A stretch of 64,000 nt of DNA from Patescibacteria group bacterium. GTDB taxonomy: Bacteria > Patescibacteriota > Minisyncoccia > Minisyncoccales > PWPS01. The position numbers and the translations under genes were made by a program. Positions 43,522-51,084 of the stretch are shown piece after piece. The notes under the pieces are model-generated. The model searched no databases. It was not told where the DNA came from and saw only the letters and a program-made list of their open reading frames with translations. The stretch is from contig JBNJDU010000003.1 of NCBI GenBank assembly GCA_051745165.1, positions 8,127-72,126 on the forward strand, read 5' to 3'. Numbering within the stretch: position 1 is the first letter of the stretch; each line of letters begins with the position of its first letter.

Positions 43522-45249
43522 ATGAAAAATAAAAAATTAGCTGACATTTTAAATAGGATTGCTGATTATTTAGAAATGGATGATGTGGATTATAAACCGT
43601 TTGCCTATCAAAGGGCGGCAAACTCTATCTTAGAATTGGAAAAGCCAATTAATGAAATTTATGAAGAAGAAGGACGCGAAGGAATTGAACAAATTTCTGG
43701 GATTGGAGAGGCGATTGCTGATAAAGTAGAAGAATATCTGCTTACAGGCGAAGTTGAACACCTAGAAAGATTAAAAGAAAAGTTTCCTATAGACATGGAT
43801 AATTTATTACGGGTTGAAGGTTTAGGGCCTAAAAGCATTAAAAAATTATATGAAGAATTGGACATTAAAAATTTGAAGGAGTTAAAAGAAAAGGCTGAAA
43901 ATAATGAAATTGCCAACTTAAAAGGGTTTGGTGATAAAACAGAAAAAAATATACTGGAAGCAATTGATTTTTTGGAAAAGGATGAAGGAAAGTGGTCTCT
44001 TGGAGAGGTTTTACCGGTGGCAAATGAAATTTTTGAGGAATTAAAAAATTTAAAAGAAGTGAAAAAGATAAGTTTTGCTGGGTCGTTGAGAAGAAAAAAA
44101 GAGCTGGTCGGGGATGTAGATATTTTAGTATCTGCTTCTAGAACTAAACAAATAATGAATAAATTTACTTCTTTTAGCAGGGTAGAAAAGGTTTTGGGTC
44201 AAGGTGATACAAAATCTTCAATTAAATTACAAGAAGGGTTTGATGTTGATATTCGAGTTGTAGAAAAAGCTAGTTTTGGATCAGCTTTACAATACTTTAC
44301 TGGGTCTAAAAGCCACAATATTCGAGTTAGAAAAATTGCTATAGCAAAAGGCTTTAAGTTAAATGAGTACGGTCTTTTCAAAGACGGGAAGAAAGTTGCT
44401 GGAAAAACAGAGGAAGGAATTTATAAAAAACTAGGAATGACTTACATACCTCCGGAGATTAGGGAGGATAGAGGTGAAGTTGAAGAGGCTCAGAAAGGAA
44501 ATAAATTTAGTTTGTGTGAGCTTTCTGATATTAAGGGGGATTTACATACTCATACTACTTGGACAGGTGGGAAACAATCTGTAGAGGAAATGGCGCGAGC
44601 TGCTAATGAGTTAGGGTATGATTATATTGGAATTGCAGACCACACTAAATATTTACAAGTTGAAAATGGGTTAGACGAAGAAGAACTAGAAAAGCAACGG
44701 AAAGAAATAAATAAAGTAAATAACAAGCTTAAAAAAGAAGGATTAGACTTTAAAATTCTTCAAGGGTGTGAAGCAAATATTTTAAAAGATGGATCTTTAG
44801 ATATATCTGACGAGAGTTTAAAAAAAATAGATTATGTAATTGCCGGAATTCATTCTCATTTTAAATTAGAGAAAAAAGAGATGACTAAGAGGTTGATAAA
44901 GGCTATAAAACACCCTCAAGTTAATATTATCTCCCATCCTACAGGAAGATTGATTAAAAAAAGAGAATCACTTAATTTAGACATCAATAAAATATTAAAA
45001 ATTGCTAAAGAAGAAGCAGTTATTCTAGAAATAAATTCTTCACCTCATCGACTTGATTTATCTGATAAATATATAAAGCAGTGCATTGAAAACAATCAAT
45101 ATTTGGTAATAAATAGTGATGCTCACCATAAAGATCAACTAAAGAATATGAAGTATGGAATTAATCAAGCTCGCAGAGGTTGGGCAGAAAGTAAAGATAT
45201 TGTTAACACTAAGAAGATAACTAAATTACTAGAAATACTTAATAAATGA
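43522..45249 (+). CDS. polX: Family X DNA polymerase with C-terminal PHP domain (PolX)
   Basis: HhH motifs (GIGEAIADK, GLGPKSIKK), the GSLRRKKELVGDVDIL catalytic region, and PHP (GDLHTHTTWTGG...DHT...SDAHH). Confidence 0.9.
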   Translation: MKNKKLADILNRIADYLEMDDVDYKPFAYQRAANSILELEKPINEIYEEEGREGIEQISGIGEAIADKVEEYLLTGEVEHLERLKEKFPIDMDNLLRVEGLGPKSIKKLYEELDIKNLKELKEKAENNEIANLKGFGDKTEKNILEAIDFLEKDEGKWSLGEVLPVANEIFEELKNLKEVKKISFAGSLRRKKELVGDVDILVSASRTKQIMNKFTSFSRVEKVLGQGDTKSSIKLQEGFDVDIRVVEKASFGSALQYFTGSKSHNIRVRKIAIAKGFKLNEYGLFKDGKKVAGKTEEGIYKKLGMTYIPPEIREDRGEVEEAQKGNKFSLCELSDIKGDLHTHTTWTGGKQSVEEMARAANELGYDYIGIADHTKYLQVENGLDEEELEKQRKEINKVNNKLKKEGLDFKILQGCEANILKDGSLDISDESLKKIDYVIAGIHSHFKLEKKEMTKRLIKAIKHPQVNIISHPTGRLIKKRESLNLDINKILKIAKEEAVILEINSSPHRLDLSDKYIKQCIENNQYLVINSDAHHKDQLKNMKYGINQARRGWAESKDIVNTKKITKLLEILNK

Positions 45250-47120
45250 AAAAAATAATTAAAATTTTAGGAGCTGCAACATTTTTGATTCTACTTGTCA
45301 CAGCTAGTTATTTTTATATTAATGAAAATACAAAAGATAAAAAGGAGCTGCCTTTCGGAGTAGAAAAAGTAAAAAATTCTAAATTAGACATATATTGTTC
45401 ACTTCAATTTGAGGATGGGGTTTTTGAAACGGAAAATTTAAATGATTATTGTGAAAAAAGTACTCCCAAGAGTTTTTTCAGAGCAGAATTATTAGAGTTA
45501 AAAGCAATTGATGATAAAATTATTGGGATTTTAGAAACTAATTTAGGGGATCATAAAAGTCATGAATTAATTGGCATTAGTGAAGAAGACGGTATTTTTA
45601 CCAGCTTAAGACTTCCCGACAAACCAGAACAATTAATTATCGAAGAAGAATCTTTTTTAGTTAAACCGCAAAATAATCACTACAAACTTGTAGATGATAA
45701 GTTTATTCAAACAGTTGATGAGTTTGTTAAATTGAGAAGCCCTAAAGGAGGGTTTAAAGTAGAAATTCCGGTCAATTGGAATTATGAAAAAGTTGAGGAT
45801 GGCTATAAAATATTTCACCCTAAAACACCAAATTATTTTGCGGAAATTAAATTTTCTTCTCGAGGATCAAAAATAGAAATACCGTCCAAAAGCCCTTATG
45901 ATTATGAATTCCAGCAAATAAAAGATTCTTTTATTAAAAATACCATTTATTCTTTACCTGATTATCATTTTTTTGAAAGTGATTTAGATGATTATTTAGA
46001 AGTTAATACTGCTACAGGTAATGTTATTTATTATCAAGATGATGAAAAGCATCAATTCAACGTTTTAGCTTCTGGAGATCCAAATGGATGGAATGGAACT
46101 CCTGGTGGTTTATATAAATTACTTTCAAAAGAAGGTCTTAGATTTTCAACTGAATCTGAAGTTTATATGCCTTTTTCTATGCGTCTTTATGGTAAATATT
46201 TAATTCATGGGGAAGCTTATTATCCCTCCGGTGTGCCTTATACTTCTGCAGTTTCCGGTGGATGTGTCCGAGTTAGAAATAGGGAAATGCAAAATCTTTA
46301 TGATTTGGTGGAAACTGGTTTGCCTGTTTTATCAATCACTCATGAAACAAACTCCTTTAAACCAACTGAAACTAATTTAAGGGATGATTTTGAATTAAAG
46401 GTAGAAAATGTATTAATTGCAGATATAGATTCGGGGAGGGTGTTTTTAGATAAAAAAGCAGAAGAAGAAGTGGATATATTCTCCCTAACAAAATTAATGA
46501 CAGCAATAGTTACTTCTGAACAGATGGGCATAACCGATTCCTTAACAGCTAGAGATTATATGTTAGGAGAAGATGACTCTAATGCAGAGATAACTTCTGG
46601 TGATAAGTTTCGTTTAGTTGATCTATTAGCTCCCCTTTTAGTTGAGTCTTCTGACAATGCAGCTAGAGTTCTTAGTCATTATCTAGGAAGGGATAATACG
46701 TTGCAATATGTCAGAGAAAAGGCAGATTCAGTTGGTATGAAAGACACTAATTTTAATGACTCTATAGGAGTTGAAGCTAGCCAAACTACTGCTAGAGATT
46801 TGTACTATTTAGTCTATTATTTAATTAATACGAGAAAACCTTTGCTTGATATTTCTAGAGGAGTTTGGGCTCCAGAGATTAATTATCAAGCTTTTGCAGA
46901 GATTAAAAATCAAAATGTCTTTTTTAAAAACAAAGATTTTTTAGGTGGTCAGTTTGAAGTTAATGACGAAGGTTTACACAATGGAGTCTTTTTATTCAAT
47001 CAAAGGCTAGGTGGTGAAGAAAGAAAAGTAGCTTTTATCATGTTGGGAGCTCCCACTGAAAAGGATTTAGTAAGTGATATTAATAAAATTCAAGAATGGT
47101 TAAATAAATCATTTAACTAA
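45246..47120 (+). CDS. Fusion protein: N-terminal unknown domain + L,D-transpeptidase (YkuD) + serine DD-peptidase (S11-like) domain
   Basis: TM/signal at the N-terminus. YkuD motif YLIHGEAYYPSGVPYTSAVSGGCVRV. S11-like SLTKLMTA (SxxK) and ESSDNAA (SxN). I could not find a KTG motif. Confidence 0.78.
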   Translation: MKKIIKILGAATFLILLVTASYFYINENTKDKKELPFGVEKVKNSKLDIYCSLQFEDGVFETENLNDYCEKSTPKSFFRAELLELKAIDDKIIGILETNLGDHKSHELIGISEEDGIFTSLRLPDKPEQLIIEEESFLVKPQNNHYKLVDDKFIQTVDEFVKLRSPKGGFKVEIPVNWNYEKVEDGYKIFHPKTPNYFAEIKFSSRGSKIEIPSKSPYDYEFQQIKDSFIKNTIYSLPDYHFFESDLDDYLEVNTATGNVIYYQDDEKHQFNVLASGDPNGWNGTPGGLYKLLSKEGLRFSTESEVYMPFSMRLYGKYLIHGEAYYPSGVPYTSAVSGGCVRVRNREMQNLYDLVETGLPVLSITHETNSFKPTETNLRDDFELKVENVLIADIDSGRVFLDKKAEEEVDIFSLTKLMTAIVTSEQMGITDSLTARDYMLGEDDSNAEITSGDKFRLVDLLAPLLVESSDNAARVLSHYLGRDNTLQYVREKADSVGMKDTNFNDSIGVEASQTTARDLYYLVYYLINTRKPLLDISRGVWAPEINYQAFAEIKNQNVFFKNKDFLGGQFEVNDEGLHNGVFLFNQRLGGEERKVAFIMLGAPTEKDLVSDINKIQEWLNKSFN

Positions 47121-47127
47121 CTAATTT

Positions 47128-47556
47128 ATGAAAATGGAAAAATCAGCAGGTTTTGTAATATATAGAAAAGAAAAGGGAGAGATCAAATTTCTTCTCCTTA
47201 AATACCCTTCAGATGGCCGTGAGGTAGATTATTGGGGTCTACCCAAGGGTCACATCGAAAACAAAGAGTCTGTAGAGGAAGCAGCTCTCAGGGAGCTTTT
47301 TGAGGAAACGGGGATCAAAGAAAAAGAAATTGACGTCAAGGAGGGTTTTAGAGAGGTTAATAAATATTATTTTAAGCATGAAGGAGATAGTATTTTTAAA
47401 ATTGTTGTCTACTTTTTAGCTCAAACAAAAAAAGAGACCATAACGGTCTCTCATGAGCATAGTGATTTTAAATGGGCTAATTTTGATCAAGCTATGAAAC
47501 TAATTCCATTTAAAAATACTAAAAAAATAGTAAAGAAAGCAAAAGAGTTTATTTAA
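47128..47556 (+). CDS. NUDIX hydrolase
   Basis: Nudix box GLPKGHIENKESVEEAALRELFEETGI. Confidence 0.9.
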   Translation: MKMEKSAGFVIYRKEKGEIKFLLLKYPSDGREVDYWGLPKGHIENKESVEEAALRELFEETGIKEKEIDVKEGFREVNKYYFKHEGDSIFKIVVYFLAQTKKETITVSHEHSDFKWANFDQAMKLIPFKNTKKIVKKAKEFI

Positions 47557-47893
47557 CCTCTTCTACTATTTTACTGAAAGTTTCAGGATTGTTTCTAGCT
47601 AGGTTAGCTAGAATTTTTCTGTCTAGTTCAATATTGTTCTCTTTAAGGTTGTGAATAAACTTACTATAACTAGTTCCGTTTTGTCTGCAAGCAGCGTTAA
47701 TTTGAGTTTGCCATTTTTTTCTAAATTCTCTCTTTTTTGTTTTTCTGTCTCTATACTTGTAAGTCCAAGCTTTAAGTAAAGCTTCTTTTGCAGCTTTATA
47801 CTTATTTTTTCTTCCCCAGTTAAATCCTTTAGCTTGCTTTTTAATCTTCTTCTTTCTTTTTCGCTTTGTTTTTCCTCTTTTTACTCTAGGCAT
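47549..47893 (-). CDS. rplT: 50S ribosomal protein L20
   Basis: MPRVKRGKTKRKRKKKI...AWTYKYRDRKTKKREFRKKWQTQINAA. Confidence 0.95.
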   Translation of the reverse strand: MPRVKRGKTKRKRKKKIKKQAKGFNWGRKNKYKAAKEALLKAWTYKYRDRKTKKREFRKKWQTQINAACRQNGTSYSKFIHNLKENNIELDRKILANLARNNPETFSKIVEEVK

Positions 47894-47931
47894 AATTTTC
47901 TAATTTTGAATTTCTAATTTCGAGCGCTCAA

Positions 47932-48123
47932 TTAATACTTGAGTGCTTTTTTTATTTTTTTAGCTTCAGCACCCTTTACTTCTACCCATTGTCTGGCTTT
48001 TCTTTTTTCTTCTCCAGATTTCTTAGATCTGTAATGGGTTTGTCCAGGTTTTCTTCTTAAAACCTTTCCATTTTTTGTAATTTTAAATCTTTTCTTTAGT
48101 GATTTTCTTGTTTTTGGTTTCAT
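47932..48123 (-). CDS. rpmI: 50S ribosomal protein L35
   Basis: MKPKTRKSLKKRFKITKNGKVLRRKPGQTHY. Confidence 0.92.
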   Translation of the reverse strand: MKPKTRKSLKKRFKITKNGKVLRRKPGQTHYRSKKSGEEKRKARQWVEVKGAEAKKIKKALKY

Positions 48124-48125
48124 AA

Positions 48126-48641
48126 TTAATTTTTGGTTAAAGTCATAGTTAATCCACGGGGTTCTTTTTTGATGTCCTTTTCTACGTTTACATCAACGTT
48201 TTGATCTTTAACTATTTCAACAAAGTCTCTCATCTTTTCTTTTGCTTTTCCTTTTAAGGCATTTTCTCTACCACGCAAAGGAAGAACAACTCTTACTCGA
48301 TCACCTCGTTCTAAAAACTTTTTAGCATTTTTAGCTCTTATTTCCATGTCGTGCTCTGAAATAGAGAAACTAAGTTTTAAAGTTTTTAGTTCTGGTTGGT
48401 GTGATTTTTTACTTTTTTTCTGTTCTTTCTTTTGCTGTCTATATTTATATTTTCCGTGGTCAATTATTTTACATACTGGTGGATTTGCATTTGGTGATAT
48501 TTCAACTAAATCTAAGTCTCTTTTTTCAGCCTCTTCTAAGGCCTGCTTTTTATTTAAAACACCAATATACTCTCCATCAGCAGTAACCACCCTCATCTTC
48601 TTTGCTCTTATTTGTTTGTTTACTCTTGTTTTGTTAGAAAT
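48126..48641 (-). CDS. infC: Translation initiation factor IF-3, probably initiating at ATT (AUU)
   Basis: The ORF-track ATG (48596) lacks the conserved N-terminus. The in-frame upstream codons encode (I)SNKTRVNKQIRAKKMRVVTADGEYIGV, which matches the usual IF-3 start. The only start-like codon after the in-frame TAA (48650-48648) is ATT at 48641-48639. Confidence 0.85.
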   Translation of the reverse strand: MSNKTRVNKQIRAKKMRVVTADGEYIGVLNKKQALEEAEKRDLDLVEISPNANPPVCKIIDHGKYKYRQQKKEQKKSKKSHQPELKTLKLSFSISEHDMEIRAKNAKKFLERGDRVRVVLPLRGRENALKGKAKEKMRDFVEIVKDQNVDVNVEKDIKKEPRGLTMTLTKN

Positions 48642-48692
48642 ATACTTTTAATCGAAAGGTTTGCTTTCGAATTTACTTAAACTTTTAAAGTG

Positions 48693-49046
48693 TGGAGATG
48701 GGGAGGTGTGACCCCCCGTCCGAAAATCCCTCCAAAATGAATCTACAAGCTTAGCCCGGTTTTTTCTCGACCGAAGCCTTGTACCGGACGAAGCTACTCC
48801 GGTCAAAGGTCTTTTAGCGTTCGCAAGGTCTGAGACCAACAAACCTTGTATAACCCGAATTTATGGTACTTTTACCACCCATCGGGTGTCAGTGGTAAAA
48901 GCAAGCTGTTACGCTACTGCTGGTGCAGGAGCGAAAGCTAAACTATCTTGTAAGTTGGCACTTACTAGATTTGGCAAGATTTACGAGATTTGCCAACTCG
49001 GCTTGCTACATTTTGAAGGTGATTCTCGTCTAGTCAACTCACCCCC
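48693..49046 (-). ncRNA. ssrA: tmRNA (SsrA)
   Basis: 5' GGGGGTGAGTTGACTAGACGAG pairs with 3' ...CCCCATCTCCA to give a tRNA-like acceptor with a G3-U pair. T-arm-like GGACGGGGGGTCACACCTCCCC. Internal tag frame GCC AAC TTA CAA GAT AGT TTA GCT TTC GCT CCT GCA CCA GCA GTA GCG TAA. Lies next to smpB. Confidence 0.85.
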
Positions 49047-49064
49047 GTTTGTTTATGTGCTAAT

Positions 49065-49514
49065 TTATCTGTTTCGTTTCATTCGTCTTCTTAGATTTCT
49101 ATCAACTTCTCTATCTTTAATCTTTTTGCGTTTGTCGTATTTCTTTTTACCGCGACAAACACCAAACTTGAGCTTAATCAAGCCTTTTTTAGTATACACT
49201 TTCAGAGGCACTAAAGTCAAGCCCCTTTCATTAGACTTTCCCATCAAGTATTTTATCTGTTTTTTAGTTAAAAGAAGCTTTCTTGATCTTTTTGGATCAT
49301 AATCGTCCGGAGCGTTTTTTGGTTGATACGGAGGAATATTTACTCCAATTAAAAATGCTTCTTCTTCTCGTATTACTATATAAGCCCCTTTTAGGGATAT
49401 TTTCCCCTTTTTAATAGCTTTCACTTCTTGCCCATTTAAAACCATGCCTGCCTCGAACTCTTCGAGGATTTCATAATCATGATAAGCTTTTCTATTTTTT
49501 GATAAAGTCGACAT
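49065..49514 (-). CDS. smpB: SsrA-binding protein SmpB
   Basis: NRKAYHDYEILEEFEAGMVLNGQEVKAIK...LLLTKKQI...GLTLVPLKVY. Confidence 0.95.
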   Translation of the reverse strand: MSTLSKNRKAYHDYEILEEFEAGMVLNGQEVKAIKKGKISLKGAYIVIREEEAFLIGVNIPPYQPKNAPDDYDPKRSRKLLLTKKQIKYLMGKSNERGLTLVPLKVYTKKGLIKLKFGVCRGKKKYDKRKKIKDREVDRNLRRRMKRNR

Positions 49515-49550
49515 ATCTTTATATTAACAGAAAATATCTTAACAATAAAT

Positions 49551-49758
49551 ACGCTCGATACCCTCTTTTGAAGAATCAGACCTCAAAAGTCACCAGCGTG
49601 ACTTGGGTCTTCTTCGCTCACCGATTCATTTCAGCAAAGCTGAAAACCGGCTGAATCGGTTCCGCGGAGTTCTTCAAAGAGGGTATCTTCGCTTTGGGTT
49701 ACGAAAAGACCATGCAAAATCCTCTCCGAGAACTTTTTCAAAGAGGGTATCTTCGCTT
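49551..49758. repeat. Nested-hairpin element, copy C (left arm, 2 hairpins, 2 right arms)
   Basis: Left arm ACGCTCGATACCCTCTTTTGAAGAA at 49551-49575. Hairpin AGTCAC-CAGC-GTGACT at 49588-49603 inside AGACC/GGTCT. Hairpin ACCGATTCA...TGAATCGGT at 49620-49660 with inner TTCAGC-AAA-GCTGAA. Right arms at 49670-49694 and 49734-49758. Confidence 0.85.
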
Positions 49759-49800
49759 CTAATTTTGACTATTAACTATATACTTTTGACTGTTAACCAA

Positions 49801-49822
49801 CCCGCTCAGAAGGCGGATTTTT
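49801..49822 (+). terminator. Orphan plus-strand terminator-like hairpin (CCGCT-cagaa-GGCGG + ATTTTT)
   Basis: Short GC stem followed by a T run. No plus-strand protein gene lies upstream of it. Confidence 0.4.
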
Positions 49823-49993
49823 ATTAAATAAGGTAATTTGTCAAAATATTTTATAAATTGGGATTTGGTAATTTTTTAGAGTAATTAGGTCAATTAGAGC
49901 AATTAGAGTAATTTAGTCATTGTTATCGTTATAGTCATAGTGATTGTCATAGTCATCATCATTGTTGCAAACAAAGCGAGCGGTGGTCCTCCC

Positions 49994-50071
49994 GTCATTC
50001 TGAGCCGTAGGCGAAGAATCTCTTTGTAATAATGCTCAATTTTCAACTACAGCCGAAGAATCTCTTCGTAA
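49994..50071. repeat. Short repeat family 2, copies 2 and 3 (GTCATTCTGAGCCGTAGGCGAAGAATCTCTTTGTAA; AGCCGAAGAATCTCTTCGTAA)
   Basis: 49994-50029 and 50051-50071 match 35677-35714. Confidence 0.75.
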
Positions 50072-50174
50072 GTTAAGCAGTATAGATAGTAAGTAGTTTT
50101 TGTTGATAATTGTTTAATTTTTGAATATACTTTTTTAAAAGGTCGGAGGGTTATTTATTTAAATATATATTATT

Positions 50175-50993
50175 ATGAAAAAAATTATTTCTTTAGGTTT
50201 AATTTTTGTTTTTGCTTTTGGGTTGATTGGTTTTACTGCAGCAAATACACCGGAAGTAGGAAATGAAGATTTAGAAGATTCTGTGAAAACTACTGGTTTG
50301 GAAAATGCGGAAAGTAGAATAAATAGAGTTATGGAAAAAATTGAGGCAATGAATATTGAAGGAGTTAACCTTAAAGGGTTAGAAAATGCTTTAAGAAATA
50401 TTATTAAAAATCAAGGAGAAGATAAAGAGTGTTTAGAAGTTGTAAGTGGGTTAGAATTTGAAGACGAAGGAGAAGATGTTGAAGTTTTAAGAGAAGTTTT
50501 AGAAGAATTGGATTATTATGATGATGATTTTGAAGATGAAGGAAGTGATGAGTACGGATGGGGAATTGCTAAAGCTGTATATGATTATCAACAAGATAAT
50601 GATATAGAAACTGATAGTGATATGGAGAGGTTAGGTTTTAAGTTGAGTGAAGAGACAAGAGAAGGTTTGAATGAGGATTACGAATGTGAAGATGAGGAAG
50701 ACGAAGAAGAGGAAGAAGAAGATGAGGAAGACGAAGATGATGAGGATTTGAATGAAAAATGTGAGGTTGACGATCAATGTGAGTGGGTTTCTACAAATTG
50801 TTGCCCAGAAAATGCAGGTGCTAACTGGGAATGCCTTAACTCAGAAGAGGTAGATTTAGAATGTGAAGGAGACGAAATGTGTCCTCAAGTGATAAGTCCA
50901 AAACCATCTACTCCTTGTGAATGTGAAGATGAAGAGTGTGAAGCAGAAGAGGAAGAAGACGAAGATAATGAGGAAGAAGAAGAGGAAGAGTAA
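50175..50993 (+). CDS. Secreted, extremely acidic protein with a putative peptidoglycan-binding-like segment and a Cys-rich C-terminal module
   Basis: Signal peptide MKKIISLGLIFVFAFGLIGFTAA. Poly-D/E runs. GWGIAKAVYDYQQDNDIETD resembles the PG_binding_1 core. 12 Cys in the last ~90 aa. Confidence 0.7.
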   Translation: MKKIISLGLIFVFAFGLIGFTAANTPEVGNEDLEDSVKTTGLENAESRINRVMEKIEAMNIEGVNLKGLENALRNIIKNQGEDKECLEVVSGLEFEDEGEDVEVLREVLEELDYYDDDFEDEGSDEYGWGIAKAVYDYQQDNDIETDSDMERLGFKLSEETREGLNEDYECEDEEDEEEEEEDEEDEDDEDLNEKCEVDDQCEWVSTNCCPENAGANWECLNSEEVDLECEGDEMCPQVISPKPSTPCECEDEECEAEEEEDEDNEEEEEEE

Positions 50994-51016
50994 TAACTAT
51001 TTAAGAAAAGTAAGTT

Positions 51017-51044
51017 AAAAGCACCAGTTTCCTGGTGCTTTTTT
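51017..51044 (+). terminator. Intrinsic terminator (GCACCAG-tttc-CTGGTGC + TTTTTT)
   Basis: Perfect 7-bp stem followed by a T run. Confidence 0.7.
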
Positions 51045-51084
51045 AATGGTTCAAATTTTGATTGGTTTATGTTATTATAAATAC

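Noticed and set aside
48648-49302. ORFs 48648-48842 (-) and 48886-49302 (+)
   Set aside because: They overlap the tmRNA gene and the antisense strand of smpB. The tmRNA and smpB calls explain the region.
27899-49758. Nested-hairpin elements as RNase P RNA, SRP RNA or 6S RNA
   Set aside because: There are three copies per 64 kb. I could not find the universal motifs, such as the GAGGAAAGUCC-type P4 strand or SRP domain IV loops. The overall shape is a three-way junction with two hairpins, which does not match those RNAs.
49603-49827. 74-aa ORF in the smpB upstream region
   Set aside because: It is the translation of nested-hairpin copy C. It has no start context, and its shared peptide strings come from the repeat arms.
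49903-49962. Mini-ORF MMMTMTITMTITITMTKLL as a Thr/Ile attenuation leader peptide
   Set aside because: It superficially resembles thr/ilv leader peptides, but it has no SD. No amino-acid biosynthesis or aaRS gene lies downstream on that strand; only the repeat element and smpB do. The sequence is generated by short tandem DNA repeats.
51046-51084. Longer start for argS (51046)
   Set aside because: The start codon at 51046 lies only 2 nt after the T run of the upstream intrinsic terminator (51017-51044). Conserved ArgRS sequence begins after ATG 51085.
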